Source: Mycoplasmatota bacterium (lineage in GTDB: Bacteria > Bacillota_I > Bacilli_A > RF39 > UBA660). Taken from it: DNA of 48,380 nucleotides. How positions within the stretch are numbered: position 1 is the first letter of the stretch; each line of letters opens with the position of its first letter. The notes under the pieces were generated by a model that saw only the letters and a program-made list of their open reading frames with translations, was not told the DNA's origin and ran no database searches. Below are positions 29,761 to 37,545 of this stretch, in pieces. The stretch is from NCBI GenBank assembly GCA_022763805.1, contig JALERC010000085.1, positions 1 to 48,380 of the forward strand, in the 5' to 3' direction. Position numbers and translations under genes: made by a program.

Positions 29761-29781
29761 ATTTAATAAAGGAGAGATATT

Positions 29782-30225
29782 ATGCGCGAAACAATATTAA
29801 AAGATATTATTGAAGCTATGAAAGCAAAAGATAAAGAAAAATTAGCAGTTTTACGTATGGTTAAAGGTGCTATGCAACTTGAAGAAATTAATGTTAAGCA
29901 TGAACTTGATGATGTTGAAATGACTCAAATATTATCTAAACAAATTAAAACAAGAAAAGATTCAATTACTGAATTTGAAAAAGGTGGAAGACAAGACTTA
30001 ATTGAACAAGTAAAAAAAGAAATAGAAATTTTAGAAGTTTATATGCCTGAACAAATGAGCGAAGAAGAAATTTCTAAAAAAGTTTTAGAAATCTTTGCTG
30101 AAGTTAATCCTACAGGACCAAGTGATATGGGTAAAATCATGGGAAAAGCTGCGCCACTATTTAAAGGTAAAGCTGATATGGGATTAGTTAATAAAATTAT
30201 TAAAGAAAAATTAAATAATTTATAA
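29782..30225 (+). CDS. yqeY: GatB/YqeY domain protein
   Basis: AMKAKDKEKLAVLRMVK, F..GGR.DL, YMPEQMSEEE, DMGKIMG and KGKADM. Confidence 0.93.
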   Translation: MRETILKDIIEAMKAKDKEKLAVLRMVKGAMQLEEINVKHELDDVEMTQILSKQIKTRKDSITEFEKGGRQDLIEQVKKEIEILEVYMPEQMSEEEISKKVLEIFAEVNPTGPSDMGKIMGKAAPLFKGKADMGLVNKIIKEKLNNL

Positions 30226-30226
30226 T

Positions 30227-30262
30227 ATAGATTAAAAATTTATTTTTAATCTATTTTTTTTT
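30227..30262 (+). terminator. Terminator after yqeY
   Basis: ATAGATTAAAAAT-TT-ATTTTTAATCTAT plus T run. Confidence 0.7.
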
Positions 30263-30285
30263 ATTTACTATAAACATGTTTATTC

Positions 30286-30314
30286 TTGATTTTAATATTA
30301 AATATTTATATAAT
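30286..30314 (+). promoter_or_regulatory. SigA promoter of the second cassette
   Basis: TTGATT, 17 bp, TATAAT; AAGGAG RBS downstream. Confidence 0.6.
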
Positions 30315-30346
30315 TAAATTATGATAAATAATAGAAGGAGTGATTT

Positions 30347-30589
30347 ATGAAATTTGTAAAAAAATTTAGAATGTATGATTCTAATTTAGGATATAGTACA
30401 GATAATTTTACTACATTATCATATAGTGGAGGAACAAATGTATTTGAATTAAATTCATCAGATATACTTGCGGCATCAATACTTTATCCAGGAACTAAAA
30501 AAATCGAATTAAGAACAGCATTATATCTTTTAGATACAACATCTATTAGCGGAACATTGTATTTATCAAAAAATGATTACTTATCATAA
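30347..30589 (+). pseudogene. Probable internally deleted secreted cassette precursor (80 aa)
   Basis: MKFVKKF n-region runs straight into a polar beta-rich segment with no hydrophobic core. Same position (before a permease-1 paralog) as the 20425 gene. Confidence 0.45.
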
Positions 30590-31442
30590 AAAAAATATAA
30601 TAATACTATTATTGTTGTTATGTGCAATTTCATTATATGGAATTGTATATAATGCAAATCAAGACAAAAAAAATGCTGAACACTTAATCGAATTAGGGAA
30701 AAATAATCCTGAATTTTTAAAACTTCATCCTGAAGTTGGAGATGAAAATTATACATTAGATAAAACAGATTCATTAAACTTTGCATTTAGAGTTTTATAT
30801 TCTGACCCATTAAAAAGTTTTGAATATTCAATAATTTTCATAATCATATTTTTTTCAACAAGACATTTTTACCACATAATAAAGACAGGTATGTTAAAAG
30901 ATATGGTTTTAAGGGAAAGTTATTGGAGTGTTCTAAATAAACAAATTTACGGATCATATATATACTCATTTATTCCAATTATTTTTATGATAATACTAAT
31001 ACTAATGTCTTGTGTATATCATTTTGATTTAGATTTTTTGAGTACATGCAAAAATGAATATTTATGTTATATACCTCATTTGTCAATTGGATTTGTATTG
31101 TCATTAATATATAATTTAATTATGATTTCTCTTTATTATATAAATGTTTCTATTATAATGTTTAAATACAGTAAAAATTTTGTTTTAAATGTAATAACAA
31201 GTTTCTTAGTAATCTTGGGAATAGAACTATTTATGCAATGTGTTATAGGACCGATATTAGTTCAAATAACTGGTGATGTCGGATTTGGTAATTTATTTTC
31301 AAGTGCTAATTTATGGTATTATGACAGTGTATCATACCTTCAAACAATATGTTATACAACTAGTAGTTTCTTAATATCATTTTTAATAATGAAAAAACAA
31401 TTTAAAAATAAAGAAAAGGTATATACATTAAATGTTAAATAG
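30573..31442 (+). CDS. ABC-2-type permease-like protein, paralog of 20857-21762
   Basis: IKTGMLKDMVLRESY vs LKSGFIKNELLRQKY; FKNKEKVYTLNVK* vs YRNKEGVLIANEQ*; similar length and TM layout. Confidence 0.8.
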   Translation: MITYHKKNIIILLLLLCAISLYGIVYNANQDKKNAEHLIELGKNNPEFLKLHPEVGDENYTLDKTDSLNFAFRVLYSDPLKSFEYSIIFIIIFFSTRHFYHIIKTGMLKDMVLRESYWSVLNKQIYGSYIYSFIPIIFMIILILMSCVYHFDLDFLSTCKNEYLCYIPHLSIGFVLSLIYNLIMISLYYINVSIIMFKYSKNFVLNVITSFLVILGIELFMQCVIGPILVQITGDVGFGNLFSSANLWYYDSVSYLQTICYTTSSFLISFLIMKKQFKNKEKVYTLNVK

Positions 31443-31485
31443 ATTTTCAAATTTAGTTATCGAAGAAGAATTAAATAAAAATTAA
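31432..31485 (+). pseudogene. 17-codon stub of permease 2
   Basis: MLNRFSNL... overlaps the upstream stop by 11 nt, exactly as MNNRFKIN... does at 21752. Confidence 0.5.
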
Positions 31486-31497
31486 GCCAAAAAATTG

Positions 31498-31612
31498 TTG
31501 TAATACAAAATATTTGTGTTATAATATTATTGGCTTTTTTAATACACATGAATTAGTATTTATATGCCTAGTGCCTATATGGTGGTGTATAACAAGCTAA
31601 TTCAGAGGATAA
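31498..31612 (+). promoter_or_regulatory. rpsB promoter and S2 leader-like structured 5'UTR
   Basis: TTGTAA, 16 bp, TG-T-TATAAT (31520-25). ATACACA precedes stem TGAATTAG (31549-56)/CTAATTCA (31597-604), then GAGG, resembling Firmicute rpsB leaders. Confidence 0.6.
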
Positions 31613-31633
31613 ATAACAAAAGGAGGAAGAAAA

Positions 31634-32647
31634 ATGACAGTTGTTTCAATGAACTATTTATTAGAAGCTGGTGTTCACTTTGGTCATCAAACTAAAAGAT
31701 GGAACCCAAAAATGAAAGAATACATCTTTACTTCAAGAGATGATATTTACATTATTGACCTACAAAAAACTGCTAAAAAAATTGAAGAAGCTTATGCAGC
31801 TTTAAATAAAATAGCAGCTGATGGAGGTAAAGTATTATTTGTTGGTACTAAAAAACAAGCTATCGAAGCTACAAAAGAAGAAGCTATGAGATCTAACTCA
31901 TTCTATGTAACTGAAAGATGGTTAGGGGGAACTTTAACTAACTTTAAAACAATTAGAAAAAGAGTTAAAAGAATCGATGAAATCGAAAAAATGGAAAAAG
32001 ATGGTACATTTGATTTACTACCTAAAAAAGAAGTTATTGGATTAAAAAAAGAATACGATAAATTAAATAATTTATTATCTGGTATTCGTGGAATGTATAA
32101 ATTACCAAGTGCTTTAGTAATTGTTGATCCTTCAAAAGAAGACATCGCTATTAAAGAAGCTCGTAAATTAAATATTCCAGTATTTGGTATTGTAGATACT
32201 AACTGTGATCCAGATATGGTAGATTATGTTATTCCAGGTAACGACGATGCAATTCGTGCTGTAAAATTAATTTTAGGAGTTCTTGCTAATGCAATCGTTG
32301 AAGCTAATGGAGGACAAGTTGTTAATTATGTTTCTGCTGATGAAAAACAACCATCAGACATTATGCAAAAAGCATTAGAAACAGTTAAACCAAAACAAGA
32401 AAGAAGAAAAAATTTCAATAACGATAGAAAAAACTTCAAAAGATTCGATAAAGAAAATAAAGGACCAAGAAAAGAATTTAAAAAAGAAGAAACAAAAAAA
32501 GAAGAAGCTAAAGTTGAAAAAAAAGCCGAAGCTAAAGAAGATTTAGCTGAAAAAACTGTAGCTGAATTACGTGATTTAGCAAAAGCTAAAGACGTAAAAG
32601 GATTTTCAACAATGAAAAAAGCTGAATTATTAGAAGCTTTAAAATAA
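31634..32647 (+). CDS. rpsB: 30S ribosomal protein S2 with C-terminal extension ending in a Rho-N-like domain
   Basis: [35 protein letters not shown] and PGNDDAIRA; tail ends [35 protein letters not shown]. Confidence 0.98.
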   Translation: MTVVSMNYLLEAGVHFGHQTKRWNPKMKEYIFTSRDDIYIIDLQKTAKKIEEAYAALNKIAADGGKVLFVGTKKQAIEATKEEAMRSNSFYVTERWLGGTLTNFKTIRKRVKRIDEIEKMEKDGTFDLLPKKEVIGLKKEYDKLNNLLSGIRGMYKLPSALVIVDPSKEDIAIKEARKLNIPVFGIVDTNCDPDMVDYVIPGNDDAIRAVKLILGVLANAIVEANGGQVVNYVSADEKQPSDIMQKALETVKPKQERRKNFNNDRKNFKRFDKENKGPRKEFKKEETKKEEAKVEKKAEAKEDLAEKTVAELRDLAKAKDVKGFSTMKKAELLEALK

Positions 32648-32704
32648 ATCGAATTACAAGATGATTTTCATAATCATCTTTAATTTTAAGAAAGGAATTT
32701 AAGT

Positions 32705-33580
32705 ATGATAAGTGCTAGTTTAGTAAAAGAATTAAGAGAATCAACTGGTGCAGGTATGTTAGACTGTAAAAAAGCTTTAGAAGCTACTAACGGTGATATC
32801 GATGCTGCAGTAGATTGGTTAAGAGAAAAAGGTATTTCAAAAGCCGCAAAAAAAGCAGATCGTATTGCTGCTGAAGGTGTTGCTGCAATCGTTACTGAAG
32901 GTAATGTTGCTGCAATCGTAGAAGTTAACTCAGAAACTGATTTCGTTGCAAAAAATGCTGAATTTACTGATATGGTTAACGAAATTGCTTCAGTAATTAT
33001 TAAAAATGATGCTAATACTGTTGAAGAAGTTTTAAAACTTGAATCATCAGTTGGTACAATTGAAGACTTAATTATTGCAAAAACTTCAAAAATAGGAGAA
33101 AAATTAAGTTTAAGAAGATTTGCTAAAGTTGTAAAAAATGATAACGATAACTTTGGTGCTTACATTCACATGGGTGGAAAAATTGCTGTATTAACAGTTG
33201 TTGAAAATGCATCTGAAGAAGTTGCTAAAAACATTTCAATGCATGCTGCTGCAATGAGACCACTTTATGTAAGAAAATCAGATGTTCCTGCTGAAGTTGT
33301 AGAAAAAGAAAAAGAAGTTCAAAAAGAAATTGCTATGAATGAAGGTAAACCTGCTGAAATAGCTGAAAAAATGGTTATGGGAAGAATTCAAAAATTCTTC
33401 AAAGAAATTTGTTTAGAAGAACAACCATTCGTTATGGACGGAGATATTTCTGTTTCTACATATGCTAAAAATAACGGAGGATCTATTAAAGATATGATTC
33501 GTTATGAAGTTGGAGAAGGAATGGAAAAAAGAGAAGAAAATTTTGCTGAAGAAGTTGCAAAACAAATGCAAGGAAAATAA
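32705..33580 (+). CDS. tsf: Elongation factor Ts
   Basis: VKELRESTGAGMLDCKKAL, EVNSETDFVA and RYEVGEG. Confidence 0.98.
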   Translation: MISASLVKELRESTGAGMLDCKKALEATNGDIDAAVDWLREKGISKAAKKADRIAAEGVAAIVTEGNVAAIVEVNSETDFVAKNAEFTDMVNEIASVIIKNDANTVEEVLKLESSVGTIEDLIIAKTSKIGEKLSLRRFAKVVKNDNDNFGAYIHMGGKIAVLTVVENASEEVAKNISMHAAAMRPLYVRKSDVPAEVVEKEKEVQKEIAMNEGKPAEIAEKMVMGRIQKFFKEICLEEQPFVMDGDISVSTYAKNNGGSIKDMIRYEVGEGMEKREENFAEEVAKQMQGK

Positions 33581-33586
33581 TTTATT

Positions 33587-33614
33587 AAAAGAACTAGTAT
33601 AGTTCTTTTTTTTT
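33587..33614 (+). terminator. Terminator after tsf
   Basis: AAAAGAACTA-GTA-TAGTTCTTTT plus T run. Confidence 0.8.
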
Positions 33615-33659
33615 GTAAATAAATAAGTTTTTTAACATATATTAAACTAGGTGGTACAA

Positions 33660-33995
33660 ATGGATAAAAAAGAAGAATTTAAAGCATTTGTAAGAAAAAA
33701 TCCAATATTAGTTAAATACGTAAAAAATAATGAAATGACTTGGCAAAAATTTTATGAAATATATGATATATATGGTGAAAATAATGATGTTTGGATAGAT
33801 TACTTAAAAGAAAAAGAAACTACAAATTTAGATTTTTTTAGTTTTTTAAAAACTATAGATATGGATAAAATACAAGAAGGTGTTGAAAGCCTTCAAAGAG
33901 TTGTTGGTGTAATAGGAGAAATGGCCGCAACAAAAGAAAAGTCAACACAAGATAATTATAAACCTAGACCATTATATAAACATTTTGACGATTGA
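33660..33995 (+). CDS. ylbD: YlbD-like spore coat protein
   Basis: EEFKAFVRKNP.L...V.....TWQKFYEIY..YGE....W..Y motif. ATG 33660 after AGGTGG; paired with ylbE. Confidence 0.8.
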   Translation: MDKKEEFKAFVRKNPILVKYVKNNEMTWQKFYEIYDIYGENNDVWIDYLKEKETTNLDFFSFLKTIDMDKIQEGVESLQRVVGVIGEMAATKEKSTQDNYKPRPLYKHFDD

Positions 33996-34206
33996 TACAC
34001 AATTTACTATAAAAAGTAATCCATATTATATAAGTTATTTAAGAAATAATTCTTATTGGTATAAAATATTAACTCGTGATCCTAAACAAATAGGGGAATT
34101 TATTAATAATGCTAAAGAATTCTATCAATTAAGAAAAACTGATAAATTTAAAAAAACATTAGAATATATTGAATTATTTCAAACAATTATAGAGACTATA
34201 AAATAA
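33985..34206 (+). CDS. ylbE: YlbE-like protein
   Basis: YLRNNSYWYKILTRDP motif; follows ylbD. Confidence 0.8.
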   Translation: MTIDTQFTIKSNPYYISYLRNNSYWYKILTRDPKQIGEFINNAKEFYQLRKTDKFKKTLEYIELFQTIIETIK

Positions 34207-34235
34207 ATATGATATAATACTTTTGGTGATTTATT

Positions 34236-34781
34236 ATGCGTATTATTAGTGGTAAATACAAAGGAAGAGTATTAGAAGGATTTAATATAGAAGGTACTAG
34301 ACCTACTATGGATAGGGTTAAAGAGTCTTTTATAGCTTCTATTCAATTAAAACTTAAAAATAGTGTAATATTAGATTTATTTGCCGGTAGTGGTTCTGTC
34401 GGTTTTGAAATGATTAGCAATGGTGCTAGTGAAGGATATTTTGTAGATACTAATAAAATAGTTATTGATACATTAAATAAGAATATAAAAAAACTAAATC
34501 CAAGTGAGAAAATAACTATTCTTAAAAAAGATTTTAAAGATGCATTAAAATATTTTTATGATAATAATATAAAATTTGACATTATATTTCTAGATCCACC
34601 ATATAAATTAAATTATGTAAATCCTGCATTAGAATTAATAGAAAAATATAATTTATTAAACAAAGATGGTGTTATAATTTGTGAAGTTGAAAATGAAGTA
34701 GTTAATAATTTATCATTTGAAATTACAAAAGAGAAAAAATATGGAAGTAAGAATGTGATATTTTTAAAAAACAATGGCTAA
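34236..34781 (+). CDS. rsmD: 16S rRNA m2G966 methyltransferase
   Basis: MRIISGKYKGR, TRPTMDRVKES, LDLFAGSGS and DIIFLDPPY. Confidence 0.96.
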   Translation: MRIISGKYKGRVLEGFNIEGTRPTMDRVKESFIASIQLKLKNSVILDLFAGSGSVGFEMISNGASEGYFVDTNKIVIDTLNKNIKKLNPSEKITILKKDFKDALKYFYDNNIKFDIIFLDPPYKLNYVNPALELIEKYNLLNKDGVIICEVENEVVNNLSFEITKEKKYGSKNVIFLKNNG

Positions 34782-34830
34782 GTAATGGACTATTGTTTTT
34801 TTTATTGTTATACTAATAATAGGTGATTAT

Positions 34831-35946
34831 ATGAAAAAATCTTATGGATATATACCTTTATGGTTTCTATTAATAGTTCCACCTTTGTTAATTTTTACTT
34901 TTATTTTTAACTTTATTCAATGCGGACTTGCTATTTTATGTGGGGCAATATTATTAAAAATAAAAGATCCATTTAATAATTATTACAAAAGGATAATGAC
35001 TGCTTTTATATTAGCGATTGAAGCTGATATTATATGTATTTTATTTTATGCATTACCAGAATTATTATATAAAATAGATTTTTTAAATAAAAATTTGATT
35101 ACTCCATTAGAATATAATCCATATAAGAATATATTTTCATTCATATATATTTTTATATTATTTATTGTATTAATTAAATTTATATTTAAAAGGACTAATA
35201 AAAGAGTATTAAAAGGATTTGAAGAAAATGATGATAAATTAAGAGCAAATATATTAATAACAATATTATTAATTCCGTATCTATTCTTTATACCATCAAC
35301 ACTATTATTAAAGCCAAATAAATCAAATTTAGAGGATTTTAGAGGAACAATATCAACAGATAGAAAATCAACAATCCAAATATTAAATAATTTAAATGTA
35401 TCTAAATATATATCATCATATACATTAGATACAAGTAAAGAACCGTACACCTTAAATATTTATTTAAATAAATTTACTAAAGACCGAAGAAAAAAATTAG
35501 AAATTGATGCAGCAACAATATATCTATTAATTAGAGATATAAATGAAATAGTATATTATATGGATGATACAACTTATACATACGATATAAATAAAATAAA
35601 TGATATATTCTCAAATATAAAAAGATGTACTTTGTCAGATATAAAAGATAGATATTCAACAAAACCATTCATGGAATATACTTATTTTGGACGTATTGAT
35701 GATTATGATGTATTTGATATTGGAAAAGGTGAAATTAAAGAACAATTAATATATAATGATATGGGAATACATTATTATTTAGAAGGAACAGATTATAATA
35801 AAATCTTCCTATATAAAGGTGAACAAAGATATAAAACATTAAAAGAAGCATTAGAAACAAATGAAATAGATATTGAAACTTTACGAAATAGTGAATTAGA
35901 AATAATAATTACAGGAGTAGAAGAAAATGAAGATACTAATAAGTGA
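34831..35946 (+). CDS. Membrane protein (about 4 TM) with extracytoplasmic DUF4825-like domain
   Basis: Hydrophobic N-terminal half; YTLDTSKEPYTLNIY...A..IYLLIRDINEI resembles DUF4825 (recognised from memory). Confidence 0.55.
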   Translation: MKKSYGYIPLWFLLIVPPLLIFTFIFNFIQCGLAILCGAILLKIKDPFNNYYKRIMTAFILAIEADIICILFYALPELLYKIDFLNKNLITPLEYNPYKNIFSFIYIFILFIVLIKFIFKRTNKRVLKGFEENDDKLRANILITILLIPYLFFIPSTLLLKPNKSNLEDFRGTISTDRKSTIQILNNLNVSKYISSYTLDTSKEPYTLNIYLNKFTKDRRKKLEIDAATIYLLIRDINEIVYYMDDTTYTYDINKINDIFSNIKRCTLSDIKDRYSTKPFMEYTYFGRIDDYDVFDIGKGEIKEQLIYNDMGIHYYLEGTDYNKIFLYKGEQRYKTLKEALETNEIDIETLRNSELEIIITGVEENEDTNK

Positions 35947-36613
35947 TTTTGATAAAACATTTTATACAGAAAATTATGATAATAACATTAAATTAATTAA
36001 TGAATTTGTTAATGCTGGTAATAAATTTGTAATAGCAACAGGTAGACCTTTGTATTTTTTAGAACCATCTATTGAAGGAAAAAATATTAATTATTATAAT
36101 TTAATATGTAGTGATGGAACTGTAGTATTCGATAAAAATAATAAAATATTATTTCAAGAAGTAATAAAAAAAGAAACTATACAAATATTAATTGAAAAAA
36201 TAAGAAACAATCCTCATATTAGTGATTATTATTTGAATACTGCATACGAAAATACAAAAGATATAAACGTTACAGCAAACGGCTTTTTAGGTGTTCCAAT
36301 TGATAGAGATGAATCTCAAAAATTTATTGATAAATTACCTGAAATAGACGAAAATATTAAAGGTTATTTAAGTTATAAATGGATTAATATAATAAGTAAA
36401 AATGCATCAAAATCAAGTGCTATTAAAAAATTAATAGAAATTAATAATTGGAATTATGAAGATATCTATGTTGCCGGAGATTATTATAATGATATTGAGA
36501 TGAATAAAGATTATCAAAGTTTTTGTTTTGATTTTTCACCAGAAGAATTAAAAAAAGTAAGCAACTATGTTGTTAAAGATTTTAGTGATATATTAAAAAA
36601 AATAGGATATTAA
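35927..36613 (+). CDS. HAD-superfamily (Cof/IIB) hydrolase
   Basis: ISDFDKTF, IATGR, ICSDG, ASKSSA and AGDYYNDIEM. Confidence 0.9.
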   Translation: MKILISDFDKTFYTENYDNNIKLINEFVNAGNKFVIATGRPLYFLEPSIEGKNINYYNLICSDGTVVFDKNNKILFQEVIKKETIQILIEKIRNNPHISDYYLNTAYENTKDINVTANGFLGVPIDRDESQKFIDKLPEIDENIKGYLSYKWINIISKNASKSSAIKKLIEINNWNYEDIYVAGDYYNDIEMNKDYQSFCFDFSPEELKKVSNYVVKDFSDILKKIGY

Positions 36614-36615
36614 AT

Positions 36616-36661
36616 TGATATGAACCCCGTTTCTTGTACATGAGAAACGGGGTTCAGTTCA
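36616..36661. mobile_element. 46-bp palindromic IS3-end-like remnant (TG...CA) with AAAT target duplication; likely acts as bidirectional terminator
   Basis: TGATATGAACCCCGTTTCT-TGTACATG-AGAAACGGGGTTCAGTTCA, flanked by AAAT at 36612-15 and 36662-65. Confidence 0.6.
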
Positions 36662-36667
36662 AAATTC

Positions 36668-37435
36668 CTATTTTTTTAATGTTTTATTTTTTTCTTCTGT
36701 TTTATTTTTTGAAGATAATAATTCTTCTTTTAATTTCTTTAAATCACTTATTTCATTCGAACGACTATACTTTTTGATAATTTCCTTTTTACTTTGTTTT
36801 ACTTTTTCTTCTTCAACAATTTTTTCAATTTTGTGATATTTTTTTTCTAAATCTTTTTCCTTATCAATTTGTTCATATTGTTTTGCTGTAATATATTCTA
36901 TACTAGCTGTTAAAATAAATACACAATTAATTAATAGTGCTGGAATACTATTAGTAGTTACTGCTATATATGCAATTAGTAAACTAATAGAAAGTAATAA
37001 TGTTTTAAATTTACCAAGTAAAGTAGTTCTAGGCACATTACCTTTTTTCTTGGATTCAATATTCTTTTTCCCAATTAATGCTTCATTAAAAATACATGCT
37101 GTCACAGCTGGAAATTTAATTATAAGAGGTATCATTAACCCTGCAGCAAAAATTTTATCAACAATTGGATCTAAGTCTTTCCCAAATTCACTTACAGCAT
37201 TTAATTTTCTAGCAGCGAATCCATCTAAAGCATCTGTTAATTCAAATAAACAAGTAAATAAAATTGCAAGTGGAATATTACCAGAAAAAGCTGCAGGAAC
37301 TATAAATAAAGGTGCTAATAATCTTGATGCAGTAAGTAAATTAGGTATTTGTTTTATACGTTTATCCTTATCTTTTAAATCTTTAAAGCAATTTTTGATA
37401 TCTTCCTTATATTTTTTATAAAAATCTTCAAACAC
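36668..37435 (-). CDS. CDP-alcohol phosphatidyltransferase (PgsA-like) with charged C-terminal tail
   Basis: IPNLLTASR, TDALDGFAARKLNAVSEFGKDLDPIVDK signature and LGKFKT. AAGGAGGAG RBS, GTG start. Confidence 0.9.
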   Translation of the reverse strand: MFEDFYKKYKEDIKNCFKDLKDKDKRIKQIPNLLTASRLLAPLFIVPAAFSGNIPLAILFTCLFELTDALDGFAARKLNAVSEFGKDLDPIVDKIFAAGLMIPLIIKFPAVTACIFNEALIGKKNIESKKKGNVPRTTLLGKFKTLLLSISLLIAYIAVTTNSIPALLINCVFILTASIEYITAKQYEQIDKEKDLEKKYHKIEKIVEEEKVKQSKKEIIKKYSRSNEISDLKKLKEELLSSKNKTEEKNKTLKK

Positions 37436-37460
37436 AATAACTCCTCCTTAAGTATTATGT

Positions 37461-37488
37461 ATTATATCAAAATAAATATATAAGTCAA
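37461..37488 (-). promoter_or_regulatory. SigA promoter of the PgsA-like gene
   Basis: Minus strand TTGACT, 16 bp, TG-A-TATAAT. Confidence 0.6.
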
Positions 37489-37545
37489 TTATTGTTTATC
37501 AATTAATCAATTTATGATATAATTTATATGATAGGAGGATGTAGG

